Of a DNA stretch of 64,000 bases, positions 23,274-36,950 are shown piece by piece. Origin of the DNA: Oculina patagonica (taxonomy: Eukaryota); contig NC_135763.1 in NCBI RefSeq assembly GCF_052425735.1, positions 33,914,001 through 33,978,000 on the forward strand, in the 5' to 3' direction. How positions within the stretch are numbered: the stretch's first letter is position 1; every line of letters starts with the position of its first letter. The notes below the pieces were generated by a model. It was not told where the DNA came from. It worked only from the letters and a program-made list of their open reading frames with translations, and searched no databases. The position numbers and the translations under genes are program-made.

Positions 23274-26253
23274 TCTTCATGCAAAAATTGTCAAAATGCG
23301 ACTGAGAGAAATTTACAAGAAATTATTTGAAAACTGTTCCATGTCGTTTTCACAGAACTTTATTTTTGTATATATTTTTCGTTCTGTTTTAGGCTAGTCT
23401 TATAAAAAAAATTGTATTTTCATCGTACAAGGAAATTGTACTTCTTGTTAAAGAAATAATTATTGTCAATTAATTCAAGTAGAAAATAAGAGACCGTATG
23501 ATAGCGTATTTCTAGGAAACGATTCTGGTCTGAAAGACTTATCTCGAAGAAAGAGATTCACCTTCGAAATGTTTGTAAGGTACGAATAAATTAAGATGAA
23601 TATGGTATGTAGTTAGTAGCAAAATATAATTAAAAATAAGTAATGTGCATTGTGAATTTGTTTCTCAGTTGTTTTGTTTACCTATGTTTTTATTTTTCAT
23701 GGTAAAACATATAACAAATAAAATATATACTGTGCTGGCATACGGAACAATGCTATAACATCAAATCAAACAAGAATTATCGATCAACTTTCGCAGGAAG
23801 ATCAAAATCTTTCTTATGCAACATTGTATACTGGTCTAAACTAAGAGCAGGGCCAGGTGTGTGAGTTATAAATTAAAGAAGGCGTTTATGTTAGCTTTGT
23901 TTCGCTAAGCCACAGAACAGAAGAAAACGTTTGTTTCAAAGATGTCATTGTGAAAAAAATAATTGATCCTGGCGGTGCCAGCATTCAACTCAACAAGATC
24001 GATTGAATTGACTCAGAGGAATCAATAAAATCAGTTAAAAACAAGTAGATGAAGTTTCAAGTGTTGTATTCATGCTACACAATTCGTGCTGAGTTTGCAA
24101 CAAAACCTGATATACGTAAGTATGAAGCTGAAAATATGAACTTGTTGGTGTTTCGCTTGATGAGCATACACTACCAAAATAAACCCACAACTGATATTAA
24201 GTTGCTATGCGACAATTTAATGTTCATGAGTTCGCAGTATTGTACAGCCAGATATGCGGTGAAACCGATGGGCAAACAAATTTGTTTTTGTGATAAGAAA
24301 ACAAAGAAAATGCGACCGATTTTGTTTGATATTGTTTTATCAGTCAGTGTAATCTGTTTACCTAAACTCGTACTTATTTGTGGAAAATGTAGTTACATTT
24401 TTGTAAAGTTGAAAGTAAACTAAAAATAAGTACGATAATTTTACTGATTATACACGAGGATTTTAAATAAAAACCAAAACAGCCTTTTAGAACTTAATAG
24501 CTAACCACCTGCGTTTAAGCTCAACAAAATACGCCTCTTGAAAAAAAAAAAAATAAACACATTTTAAATGAGTTATACTTTTTCCTGAACTCAATATTTC
24601 CTTCTCTACATCAAAAAAAAAAAAAAAATCTATGGATTCTACCGATGCACAATTTACAATGTTGCTTGCAACAGACGAATTTGTACGAAAAATTGGAAAT
24701 GAATAATTAAAAGGCGGCTTACTGATTCAAAGCGTTGAACCATGATTCAATATGTTGTGTGATACCTATATATGGTATGATTTACTATCGGGTTTAACTC
24801 TCGAAGAATATTACAATTAAAGGCTTTTTCTCTTTGTCTCTCATAGAATTTTCTGTCAAACAACGCCTGATTAACAATTTGCATAAGGAAAAGTGGAAAA
24901 AAGCGAAGTTGAGTCAAGTAACACCTGCGTTCGTTTCAACCAATCACAATCGAGATTACACCGTTTTTAACCAATCACATGAAGGCATTGTTTGAAATGC
25001 AATCATGCGCATTTGGTAGAAAATGGGTGGATCACTGAAAGCGGTTTAGCCTTGAAATATATCAGTTGAAATTTTTATGATTTTCTGAGGGATAATTTGC
25101 CATCTCCGTGATCTAACTCATTCTGCAAGGATTTCTAAAAGGATTCGGTCGTACTTTCGCTGGCAAGGTAAGAAAACGCTCATTCATTTTTTTTTTCGTG
25201 GGATAAAATTACTGAGTAACGCATCCCTACTATAATTTAAGGTTTACAGTACCAAATAAAAAGATCAGACGCTTTTTAATATGTACAGGATCGTTTCTAT
25301 TTAAGCCTTCTCAAATTTAAAATATTTTTCTACGCTCGGTTGAAACTGTAAGCAAGATTTCCCACTAGTTTTTTGATACACTTTTAGTGGCATGAAACTT
25401 AGAATGTACGTTTAGTATTTTACACATATCTAATTTTACATTCGATATATTTGTTTTAATTCATTCATCCGAGGGTCAAGGAACGCATGTATATGCAAAT
25501 TGTGAAGTGACCAGGCTGATCTCAAAGCGTTATTAAAATGACTCGAGATAATGTACAGTGAATAACTGAGTGAACATGTGATCTAGCCTGTTTCTGCTTT
25601 TATGATGATAAAGAACCGACGCAATAGAACGGTGCTCGCGAAAATTGACATCTTGACACAGTCGTGCACGCAGTCTATTTCGCCCACGCGTCTGTTTCGA
25701 AAATTCTCCACAATCCGCCATGAGCCTAAAACATGTCGCGTGTGATTTGCAGAAAAAAAGGGAATCTTCTTATGTTTTTAAAAGATTCGATAGATATCTC
25801 CCTGTGATAATTATAGGTGACCTAAAAATATATATCAATCTTTTGGGCTACATTTTATAAAACTATAGAATACATTTTAAAGGTTTAGAAAAGAGGCCTG
25901 AATGGGTAAAATGGGAACTGGGATTTGGGCAGATTTTTACTGGAAAAATTGGATCTGGAAAATTTGGGAAAACAATAGACTGGGAAATGGGATTTGGACA
26001 AAATTTGACCTGGGAAAACGGGATTTATACTGCCCCCGTATTCAGGACCCTCTTGGAAGACTATAACGATTTCAATCTATTTCTACTCCTATTTTTTAAC
26101 AGAACTTGGCGTCGCCAGTTTTCGTCAGCTTTTTTAACAACGCACAAGAGAGGCGAAATAAAACTCCATGCATAGACCGTTGTTGGATGAAAAATATTTA
26201 CTCTTACCAGGAGCCCAGCTCTTACTAATTAATATTATCCATTCTTCAGGAAC

Positions 26254-26748
26254 ATGGCGGCGGTGGCAAACGACGGGGTCCGAGAGCTAACGACACGCAC
26301 CGAGAAATTATCGATTACTTCCATTAACAAGGGCACAAAGCAGTTCAAAGCTCAAATCAAAGAACTGGATAAACAGTATGAGACGATGCAACAGCAGCTG
26401 GAAGATCTACAGTTTATCCTTGAGGTCATCCTGAAATGGGACGAAGACTTCAAGAAAGTGGTCCGATTCAGCCAAGGTGTGCCCCACATGAGGAGCACAA
26501 AGGAAATCTGCGCCAACATCAAGACAGCCATGATCCCCAGCAGCGAGTTTGACCGTACAGTGCAGATTCTTGTCAGGGAAGGCGTGCCATGTTTTTCCCG
26601 GGTGACGGGGCTTTTTGAAAAGCTGAAATCCCGTCTAGATGAAAGATCTCCCAACGCGAAGTTCTCCGAGGAGATTCGTCAACTGCTCGGAGAGATAATC
26701 GGAACTTTGTGTACAATTATGAATTTCTTCTACGACCAGGAAGTGTAA
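26254..26748 (+). CDS. Uncharacterised alpha-helical protein, paralog 3 (164 aa)
   Basis: Single coding exon; TTCTTCAG acceptor 4 nt before ATG; candidate donor AG|GTAAGA at ~25168 and two AACCAATCACA boxes at ~24937 and ~24969; SQGVP/KEIC/VPCF/EEIRQLLG shared with paralog 2. Confidence 0.88.
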   Translation: MAAVANDGVRELTTRTEKLSITSINKGTKQFKAQIKELDKQYETMQQQLEDLQFILEVILKWDEDFKKVVRFSQGVPHMRSTKEICANIKTAMIPSSEFDRTVQILVREGVPCFSRVTGLFEKLKSRLDERSPNAKFSEEIRQLLGEIIGTLCTIMNFFYDQEV

Positions 26749-27037
26749 ACGGTTTTAGGAATTTTAGTTTAGAGAATATTCGGTCAAGTGTCATAAGGTG
26801 GGGGAGATAGGGGGCGGGGGAAGGGTGTTGTTGAAGGATTCTTCTCTCCTCCCCTCGAATCAAAGTTGTATTGCACAAGGTGACTGTGTCCGACAATATC
26901 AAATGACGGAATAAAGTAATTTCTTAAATAATTCTGAGCTTTTTTAAAACAATCATACCGATTGGTGAGCAGACTGCAAACAGTCCATATTGTTTTATAA
27001 ACCTTTAGCAGGGGAAACAGAAAGAAACGGTTCCTGG

Positions 27038-27110
27038 TAGCCCGTCGAACACAGACGTATTTTCGGCGGAGAAAAGCGAAGGCCGGAAATACACTTGTGT
27101 TCGAGGGCTA
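27038..27110. mobile_element. Short MITE related to 8496-8601, 9-bp TSD
   Basis: TAGCCC...GGGCTA termini; TSD GGTTCCTGG (27029-27037, 27111-27119). Confidence 0.75.
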
Positions 27111-27827
27111 GGTTCCTGGTGGCTTGTCGAAGATTGTGTTCAATGGTTTGTGATTGAGTTGGGTCTATTCGCGTTCTAATTTTGTCTAGACAGGGATTTT
27201 AGTGTAATTTTTTCCCCCGACTGAGCCGCGAATGTCATTTGGCGCGTCACGCATGGTAGCCGGAAGAAAGATTGCGTGACGAGACGAATTTGGCAGCTGT
27301 TAATTAAAGTTGGTGATTATGCCCGTGATTATGCACGAAAATCAAATCGACAACTCTTGCTTTGAAATAACAAAATCTTAGATCATGTAAATTTGTAGCG
27401 GTGTCTCTGTATTCTTTATTGCTAACAAGTCAACCATTTAGCCTTTTTGCTGATTTTGTTCAATGCATGTATTGTCCGTCCAATTACAATGTGACAATTA
27501 AAAATGCTCAAGCCTGTTATTATGCACGTTTTAATCATGAATTTAAATTAAATATTAAAATAAATTTTACAGAATCCATAAAGGCAGTGATATGTCTAGG
27601 AATTAAATTAATTCTACTCAATATAATCCGATATTAAAATTAATAATGAACAGCATTTGTACACTTTCCGCCTGTCTATTGAGTTCAAATAAAAACTGTC
27701 CACAAACAACTAGGCGCTAAAATTGAAGTGCCCTCGCTAAGTGCAAACGTCCGTGACGAGAACACTAAAACAGGATTAACTCCAAAGACACTGACCACGG
27801 TGTCATTAATAACGAAGGCTCACAATT

Positions 27828-30800
27828 ATGGCGTTGAATTATCACTTGTTGTTTAAAATCGTCCTTGTTGGCGATCCTGAAGTCGGAAACGCGGCCGTAT
27901 TACATCAGTCAGCCAGCGACTGCTCATGTCCGTCGACAGTCGGCGTAAATTTCCTCAAAAGGAAATTAGAAATGGGTAAGTTTTGTGGTCTTTTGTGAAG
28001 AGCATCACTTCGAAATTTCGCCTCGACTTGTCATGACTTCATCAGTCTTTTAACAGTTGTATTCCCCTACAAGTTTTGCGTTATTGTTTCAAAGTGCAGG
28101 AAAGACTTTAACTGTTTATAGTTCTGCCCGAAGACAGGCATTTCGTTTGATGCAGATATTTTGCCTGGCGTAAGCGGAATTCATTTAAAAGCTTGTCGAA
28201 AAGCTGTCATCGTACCATCTCCGTTCACGTATTAATCCAGTGCTAGCTATCCGAGGAAATTAAAGTTCGACGTATTTGACGCCTCTAACGTTCTCAAACC
28301 AGACACCCATTTATCCTGTCAGAGTATCTGCATCTCTCTGTATAAATAAATATACGAACATTGTTATTTCGAAATAACTGTTTGAAAGTTCTTTGTAATT
28401 CCAGCGAGTATGAGAGGTTTTTAATCTGAAAGCCAATATTCTGCCTGATGGGGCGGAAGTTAATGAACAAACTTTATCGACAAGCTGTCATTTTAGCTTT
28501 GACACTTATTTTAATTTAACTACTTGTACTTTATTTTTCACTTTAAAACTTCAGATGGAAAGCGAATAAAATTGCAGATTTGGAATATTGCAGGCCAAGA
28601 AAGGTAAGAGAGATGTTTCGAATTATTTGGGCAATAAACAGCTGCCGTGATGTGGGTCACGCGATCGTTGTCACGCATTCAAGCGGTCATTTTGTTAAAA
28701 AATAGAATTCGCGCGACGAAGTTCCAGTTAGGAGAGCACAAGCTATCAATCTCCCTTTCACGAAACTTCCATGAAAAAAGAAAATTTTCAAAGCAAATGA
28801 TGCGAGATTGTGACATTACTAATTGCAGGCTTTTATCTGACGTGTTTTAGTAAACGTTTCAGCTCACCGTACCAGGAAAATACGACATTTAGCACGTTTT
28901 TGTCTCATGTCACGTCATCTCGTGTCACGTGATCCGTTTTTGTGTGGACTTTAAAGTCTACACATTGTTGTCATGCAGTTTTTTCCGATTGGGGGGTCAC
29001 TTTCCGTGATAACTCGCGTTAGTGCTTTCGGAAGTTTTCGACAGTGATCGGAGAATCCGAAGTTTCGGTGAGATGGGCAGCCAAGGCAGTAAACCCAGAA
29101 ATTCGATCAGTATCGAGTAAGTCGCACTTTATTCTTGAATCTAGAAGCCTTTTTTGACACAGCTTTCGAAGAACGTGTGGTGGCTTGAAAGTATACATCA
29201 AGGAACAACTTCAAAGGCAGCGGTGGCGTAGATGAAAAGTGAAATAACAATCACGACGGCTGAAATCTGCATATCTAATGAGCTGAACAACTGCGGTCAT
29301 AGGTCACGTTTCTTGTTTTTCACACTTTTGACTCACTTTCCACAGTTTTTGTTTCTCTGTGCGGCTTGAGCATTTTTGATTCGCATATTAAAACGAATCA
29401 AATGTCTGGTTATTTATTTATTTCAGCTTTGCCAAACACAATGAATGCACAACGAGTTGTATCAAAACAAGTTCGCTGATCATGTTGTTTTACTTGTCTT
29501 GGACTCCGGGATATAATTCACCAGCTCCATTTCTCTCAAGTAGTATATTTAACAAAAGACCGATGTCGAATTCAGGTAGAACTGAACTAAAACATTGTCA
29601 TGAAAAGAATAAAAATAACATCGAACCGTAGAATATGCATATATCCAAACCGTGCGACAAAATAATTTAATTGTCGGTTCAAATAACGTCCTTCGCCGCC
29701 TCTCAAAACACCGACTTCAACTGAATATTTCGTAAACAGAAAAATATATTTCTCCGCCTTTCTACGCAAGCTACTAAGAAATTATTTGTGAAAGCTTATT
29801 GAAAAGTTCTAATTCCAAAAAGGTTAAAAAAGAACTCATTGAAAGAAAATAAGTTTTTCGATGAGTTGTTTACACAAGCTTTACACAAAAAGTAAGGGTT
29901 GTGTAAACAAGCGATGCGAGACAGTTCACATGCTCCACGCAACATTTCTCTTTTTAATGAAAATAGTATCCTATCTTGCTAGCGGTAAGGAAAGGCTTTT
30001 GGTCTAATAACTGCTGTTCTTGTAGGATTCTAGGTTTTTATTTGCATGAAAAAAGGCATTTGTCGTGAACGACGTGACAAAGGGTCACACCACGCTCCTT
30101 CACATTGCGTGACATCTCAAGCGGCAATGGTAACGTTTGTTTCTTGAAGCGACAAGTAATAGTACACTTTGTTCTTCCAACAGTCTTGTAAATAATAAAT
30201 TGATTGACAAGTTCTTTGTTTTTTCGCCTTGTATCTCGAATTACTCGATTCGAAACTTGAAGTTGTTGACTGCTACAGAAACTCATTGATTAATTCATAA
30301 TGTCAACTTTTATTCAAATGAAAGTCCACACATGTTCGCATAGCGGACTCACTTTTACTGTTATTCATCTTTTTGATGACGTGCTGTCAGGAAGGCTACA
30401 GTAACGAACTATTCACAAAACGATGCGAAAAAATGCAAACAACATCGAATGAAAGGTCATAATTTCGTCCTCGAGTAACTTTATGTGCACGTGCTCGCAT
30501 TCAGCGGTATCTTTTTTCCCTCCGATGAACCTTTTATCAAAATCGTCTAACTCAAAGAAAATAATTTGTACACCAAAACTATGTAATTAAAAATATAGGT
30601 CACTGAGCCCTGTTAACAAAATGACGATTTATCTCCCAACCGAGAAAAAGCCGCCATTCTGTTTATGCGAGCGCGCTCACGCGTACAGGCATTCTGCGTA
30701 GTAAGGATGTGTAATGCAAAACTGAGGAATCACTTTAAATGCTCGTTCTTCCTAATGGAAGGGTAGTGAGTGGATGTAACACAACGTGAATAGTCTATCG

Positions 30801-33271
30801 AAACCAGGACCAAGCCTTGGCTTCTGGAAACCTAAACCAATGCCCTGTAATCCTGAGTCGTAATTTCTTACTTCAGCTTTACTAAAGTGTTAGAAAAATG
30901 CTACAGAATGTACAGAACCCAACTGAGGTCGAGTTGATCGTTGCGTGACGACACTCATCTCGTACCCAGATCTCTCACCAAGAGTAGGAGATCTGAGTAT
31001 GGGATTATGACAAAACAATCAACAGCTACTAACTTGACTACGGAACCATACCGTATTTAGTCAAATAAGCGCCGCCCTCGAATAAGCGCCGCATTTGGGA
31101 CAAAAAAGTTAATAAGCGCTGCCCCCAAATAAGCGCCGCAGTCCTGATGCGGCGCTTATTCGAGGAATTCCTTTTAACTAAAACAGCACTACAAAGCCTC
31201 TAAAGCAAACTTGGACATTCTTTCCATCTAAAGCGATGTTTTGCAGTTCAAAGTGTTTGTTTTAGCACTCGCCCATTAGTTTTTATATCCAACATTCTTA
31301 CAATACTTAGTTACGTAAATGTTGTTAAGGCCCCGAACTTTGCCTGGACACCTAGCGCTACTTCTTTTTTTCAGCAGGAGACGAATACTGTCAATCAAAA
31401 GACGCTATTTTCAGTTACTTTAAAGGGTTCGATTCTTTGTGGTGTCCAGATTTTAAATAAGCGCCGCCCTCGAATAAGCGCCGCACTTGAGGAGTCAAAA
31501 ATTTAGTAAGCGCCACGGCGCTTATTCGAGTAAATACGGTATGTATCCTGGCCAAAACTCATCTCCGTTTTTTTTATGTATCTCAACAACTTGAGCTGAC
31601 TGCATATGTTTTAGTTTGACTTCATATTCGGTATCCCCTGTTAATTTTCAAGAATTACACGTCTCAGGTTAAGGCGGGGGTTCACGTGAAAGCCGTTTTT
31701 CCACCGTTTAATGTGGGTTTAATGCGAATATCTCGTTAAATTAGAATTTGAATTTTTAAATTAGTAGATGGACACCAAAACAGTCCCCTGACAACCTGGA
31801 ATGCTCTTGCGTGGGGGTCGACTGTTTTGTGGTGTTTCAAAAACAATTTTCTTTCTCCGTTCTTTTCTTTAAAGGAGAAGTTCACTCCAGAATGGCCATT
31901 TATTTTCTTTACGCCAATTAAATGTTTATACAAAGATATGTTATTCACCAAAATTTCAGAATCCAACGTGTGCTATAACCCTACGAAATCTTTCCCAAAA
32001 CTCGACAACTGAACGCCGCCATCTTGAAGCTGGTAATGTATGCGTGACGTCAAAGAGCTCAGCCTGAAGTTTGGAGGAAAAATTTAAATACTCGAAACTC
32101 CTTTTTTCTTCGTAGTAGCTTTTGTCTGTTAAAATGCTTGTTTGTGCAGCTCCATTTTGCTCAAACAGAGCTCCAAGAAGTACAAAAACCAAGGAATTTC
32201 GACTATTAAAATTTTCTCGCCAAACTTCAGGCTGAGCTCTTTGACGTCACGCATACATTACCAGCTCCAAGATGGCGGCGTTCAGTTGTCGAGTTTTGGG
32301 AAAGTTTTCGTAGAGTTATAGCGAACGTTGGAGGCTGAAATTTTGGTGAATAACATATCTTTGTGTAAACTTTTTATTGGCGTAAAGATAATAAATGGCC
32401 ATTCTGGAGTGAACTTCTCCTTTAAACCTAAAAGTTTACTCAAATTCACGTGAATTCTTTCTTTCTTATGCCAACAGCGTGGCCACATACCATGCCCCCT
32501 GTCCTTTCTGCTACAGTTATTAGGGACGTTCAGATCGGTGAACGAGATAGAGTATACGACTTTAGGAATTCAGTCCAACCAGTTATATTGTTAGAGCCCT
32601 TACTCCTTGCTGTTCCTGAGCAGTTCAAAAGGAGTCTGTCGGTACGGGATTGGTGTGAAATGTGATAATCGAAAGTTTAATGCGTACATGTAGGTTTGAA
32701 AAATCATAATCGTACTCTAATGTGAAGGTCCCCAATCTCAGAGGTGGGGCTCCCACTCTGCTTTCCAACCCCCTCACCGTCTCTGCTGATTCTCTATCCC
32801 ACGAATCTATCCGAGTCGCAGAATGGTAAAATGTTGTAATGTTTTAGTTCCCAGGCCTTAACGACCAGTTACTATCACGGAGCGCAAGGGTTTATGCTTG
32901 CCTATGACGTCACCGACAGAACATCGTATGACAAGATCCCGGAATGGTTGCGCGTTATCGAAACTCACGCCAGCGAGGACTTTCAAAAGATACTGGTTGC
33001 AAACAAATGTTGGTGTAACGAAAGAAACCGCGTAATCGAAAAGAAAGAAGGCGAGAAAATCGCGCGGGAGTACGGCATGCGATACGCAGAGCTGGATGAC
33101 CTGCAAAGCTCGGAGATTGACAGGGTCCTCAAGCTGCTGATTCAAGACATCTTACACAACGCGGGCTCGCATGAAAGAGAGGAAGAAATGGAAGCTTGCA
33201 ATTTCGACGCGGGAGAAGTAGGAAACAATAATAAAGGAGTTGAAGGAGACGAAGAATTGCTTTTAGCTTGA
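27828..33271 (+). CDS. Rab8/10/13-derived protein with degenerate G-boxes (candidate pseudo-GTPase), copy A, 206 aa
   Basis: Exons 27828-27975, 28555-28603 and 32848-33271 join in frame with the same intron positions and phases as the neighbouring Rabs. MALNYHLLFKIVLVGDPEVGNAAVL..STVGVNF..KLQIWNIAGQES..YYHGAQGFMLAYDVT..ILVANKCW..YAELDDL..; no C-terminal Cys. Confidence 0.8.
31051..31539. mobile_element. Tc1/mariner-pogo type MITE (TA TSD)
   Basis: TA|CCGTATTTA...TAAATACGG|TA with AATAAGCGCC subterminal repeats. Confidence 0.85.
31873..32421. mobile_element. Long-TIR MITE with TTAA TSD (Kolobok-type)
   Basis: TTAA|AGGAGAAGTTCACTCCAGAATGGCC...GGCCATTCTGGAGTGAACTTCTCCT|TTAA; ~210-bp inverted arms. 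Confidence 0.85.
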
Positions 33272-33787
33272 TCATTCGTTCGCTACACTTGTAGCTAGCA
33301 GTGATTAAATGTAATGTAGCGTTTTTTATAAAACATTTTTAAGACTTTCAGTAGAGCTATGGATCTCGCGCGCTATCAGGTAATCCGTGAAAAAGTGTTC
33401 ATTTTTTACACCATGTTTCAGGGGCTTTGTCACGGTATTTTAGGCAATTTTATTTTGTTAAGAGCTCTAAACTTCATATTGGCAGATCAAAAGTCTTGTA
33501 TTGGCTAAATTACGGCCACATAACAAACAGGGATGATTTCCGAGCATTGTAAATGACACTTTCATACAAATTAGGATAAACTTCAAAAAAATTCGGGCCG
33601 ACGTTTTTCAAGTTTACCCGAACGCAATCCGTTTTAATCTTCGTGAATGTTGCCCATCCATGCCCCTTTTGGCCTTTCTGTGTTTGTTTTGAGTTTTTCT
33701 ACAGTTTTAAGCCGTTGTTGTGATATTTCAGTTAATTCTATGACCAGTTGGTCAGTGGTGAAATTGCCTAAAATTGCGTGACATATA

Positions 33788-34683
33788 GGTGGATTTCCAC
33801 TGTCGCGTTTTTGTTTACGCACGTTAACGCGCGTAAAAATTATAAACGTACGTAAAATGAAATTTTACGCGCGCGATTACGCGCGTCGAATTTACGTTGT
33901 CCAATTTCCAATGCCACGTTTTTTTCCAGGTATTTACGCACGTGACGCTCACGTTTACGCACGTAGCGATTTTGGGGGTTTTGAAAAAAGTTGAACCGAG
34001 TTCAACTTTTTCGCGGCTGTCTGCGGTTACGCAACGATTTACCCAATCATACTTTTGGATTTCGTCACATGACACCACTTACCATGTGGAAAACCATTTT
34101 GTTTTAAATCGCCCATCGATTTACTTGGAAAAACATTCAGATGTAGAAACACTTTTCATCGAGAAAGTCTTAACATTTCAAGAAAGTAATCTATAGAACT
34201 GACTACAGAACCAAATTACACGAACGCAGTAGTGAATGAAAACGCCTGGCGTCAGGTCACGTAGGCTTTGACACCGGGAATCCGGGAACGTCGCCTCAAA
34301 TCTTCTTTTACTTGATGGTGTCTTTCGGAAGTATTTATAAAATGCCTCTTGGTCATATTCACGCATTTCTAGCGTGTGGTACAAAGTGTTTTCATGGCAG
34401 CCATGTTGGAAGAGTCAAACAACAAGATATTTGCATAAAAATGTTAATGATTTTTTCCCAAAGGAAAAACAATTTATTGTTTCACTCCTCCAATATGGCC
34501 GACAATCACGCACTCTATTCACCAACTTGATAATTCAGTATGGCGGGCATTTACGCACGTTCAACGCGCGTAAAAAGGAAACGCTTTTTATTACTTTTTA
34601 CGCGACAGTGGAAATTTGCCTACGTATCTTTTTTTACGCCCGTTTTACGTACGTAAATATTTACGCGTCAGTGGAAATCCACC
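33788..34683 (-). mobile_element. PIF/Harbinger-like deletion derivative
   Basis: TIR GGTGGATTTCCACTG; internal minus-strand peptide YHTLEMREYDQEAFYKYFR resembles the N-terminus of Harbinger/HARBI1-type transposases; sits near the right end of another IR element starting ~33420. Confidence 0.6.
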
Positions 34684-36242
34684 TATAGCCTCTTCAAACG
34701 CAACAGGCGCGCAGTAATAAGAGACCTTGAGGACCGCGGGACCACGGGGATTTGAAAACGTATTGAGGAGTTAAACCACGGCTACACTTCTTACCCTTCG
34801 GACAGATTAATCAAATACCATTAATTTACGTTTGTTTTTTAAATAAGCCCCGGGTTTGTATTTGCTCCACGTCCCTTTATTAAAGATGGACGTATTTTGT
34901 GGTTTATTTTCGGGGGGGGGGGGCTTATATACGGGGGGAGGGGGGCTAATTTTTGGGTAGAAATTTGCGTTTCAAAAATCTGTGGGTTTCACATAGGATA
35001 ACATGAGTTTCGTATAGGATAACATGACTGACATTTGTTGGTGCATACAAAATACCGAAAACAGTCACTTTGAGCGTTATAACACAAAACAAGTTCTACT
35101 ATAGGAGCTTATTATTGGCATGAAGTTTAATAAGCTCATAGGTTTATTTTCGGTAGGGTTTATTTTAGGGAGGATTTTGGCGTCAAATTTTGGATGCATA
35201 GTTTCTTTTTTTTGGGGGGGGGGGGGAGGGGAGGGGGTTATTTTCCGGAGGGGAGATTTTGTAGCATTTTAGAGTAATCTCCCTCCGACGACCCAATTTT
35301 ATGTGACTTTGCGTTCTCGAGATAGAAATTTTAATAATTTAAGAAACTTAAATGTGCAAGGCACTGTCTGCCAATCGTATATTTTTCATATGAAATATGA
35401 AAACGTTATACCTCGGCACGCATTGCATTCAGAATGAAAATGTACTCTCTTGTCCAAGGTGGGGTCATGGGGAGGGGAAAAATGAAAACGCAAATGCTAA
35501 ACCTTTCAGAGAATCCATGGGGTCCATTAATTTCAGAGAGATTTTAAAGAAACGTGTCAGGTTAATGACTGGTTCAAAAAGGAAAGTATATAATATACTG
35601 GTCATAACTGACAATGTTGTTATGGGTTTATATCAAGAACAATATTTGTACTCGAAATTTAAATCATAGACAATATTTGTATAAAAGGTGGATTGTCTAT
35701 GAATTTAGAGTAAAAATAAATGAGTAGAAATCTTGTCGCGCCATTTTGGACTTCAACACCCAGGGGACCCTGGTTGGGTACGTACTGTCGGCTAAAGATG
35801 AACACAAAGGGCTCTCGAGTGGGGTAGACCATTTAGCGTTGTCTGGTAACCCCGGCCGGAAATGTATACGATGTTTATGGTCATTTTGATGAAGCGAGAT
35901 ACGATAGTCTAACCAATTTTTGGCATTTTGTCAGCTAGTTCTAAGTTCAGTAATAGTAATTCTGGCTTTAACCTGAGAAAATTACTAAATTTGGCAGGAT
36001 ATAAACATATTTCTTTCAAATTGTGATCTGTCCTTCAGTTTCGGAAGCTTTTCTACCTAAGTGAAAGGATGTATTTTATATCTCGATTATTGTTCATTTT
36101 TGACGGTCGCATAAACCGCTACCGGAATGACAATCTGATGAAAACCGTTGCCATGCTATATGTCACGCGATGTATACGATCAAAGGTTCTAGAAAGTGAA
36201 ACATTATCCAAGGGATAACTGATTAACTGCTTTCTACGCAAC

Positions 36243-36911
36243 ATGGAGAAACAGTTCGACTTTTTGTTCAAATTACTTCTTATCGGCGACAGCGGTGTCG
36301 GTAAGACATGTATAATATTTCGATTTGTGGAAAATAAGTTTAATCCAACTTTCATCACAACTATTGGCATAGATTTCAAAATCAGGACGGTGGAAATCGG
36401 TGAGTAGTTAGGATTTTATAATTAACGGGGACTCTGGCTTCTTGAGTAAAGGAATATTGACGACACAAGCTTGAACACTTTTCAGACAGTAACACACTCA
36501 AGCCAATATATTCGAGTCTTTTCTCTTGGCAATGCCAAAGTTATTGCAGACTCACAGTCATTTGTAAATTGTTCGTCGAAACGTTTAAAGGTTAATCATT
36601 GTGTATTTTGATCAGTGATTGTTCATATCATTGTTTACGCAATCGCTATACTGATCTATATTTGTAAATGCTTTAATAACTCAGTCCAGGGTCGAATCCA
36701 AAGAACAGGGTCACACCACTTTAGCGCGCAGTAGGAATACAAACAAGCCGAAAAGAAATCAGCAAAAATAGTCAAATGTAGACTTTAGATCATGATTATC
36801 ATATTTTGCCCCCTACGCAGAAGTTCTTTGAATTCGTCACGCAAAAAGATTGCGTGACAAGCCCAAAGAGCGTGTTGCAGCTTGCATGATTGAAGGTTAT
36901 GCACCTTTTTT

Positions 36912-36950
<39 letters not shown>

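Noticed and set aside
19805-26748. Assignment of the helical trio to SPACA9, MLKL four-helix bundle or TNFAIP8
   Set aside because: Only vague local resemblance from memory; spacing and motifs do not match well enough without a profile or structure search.
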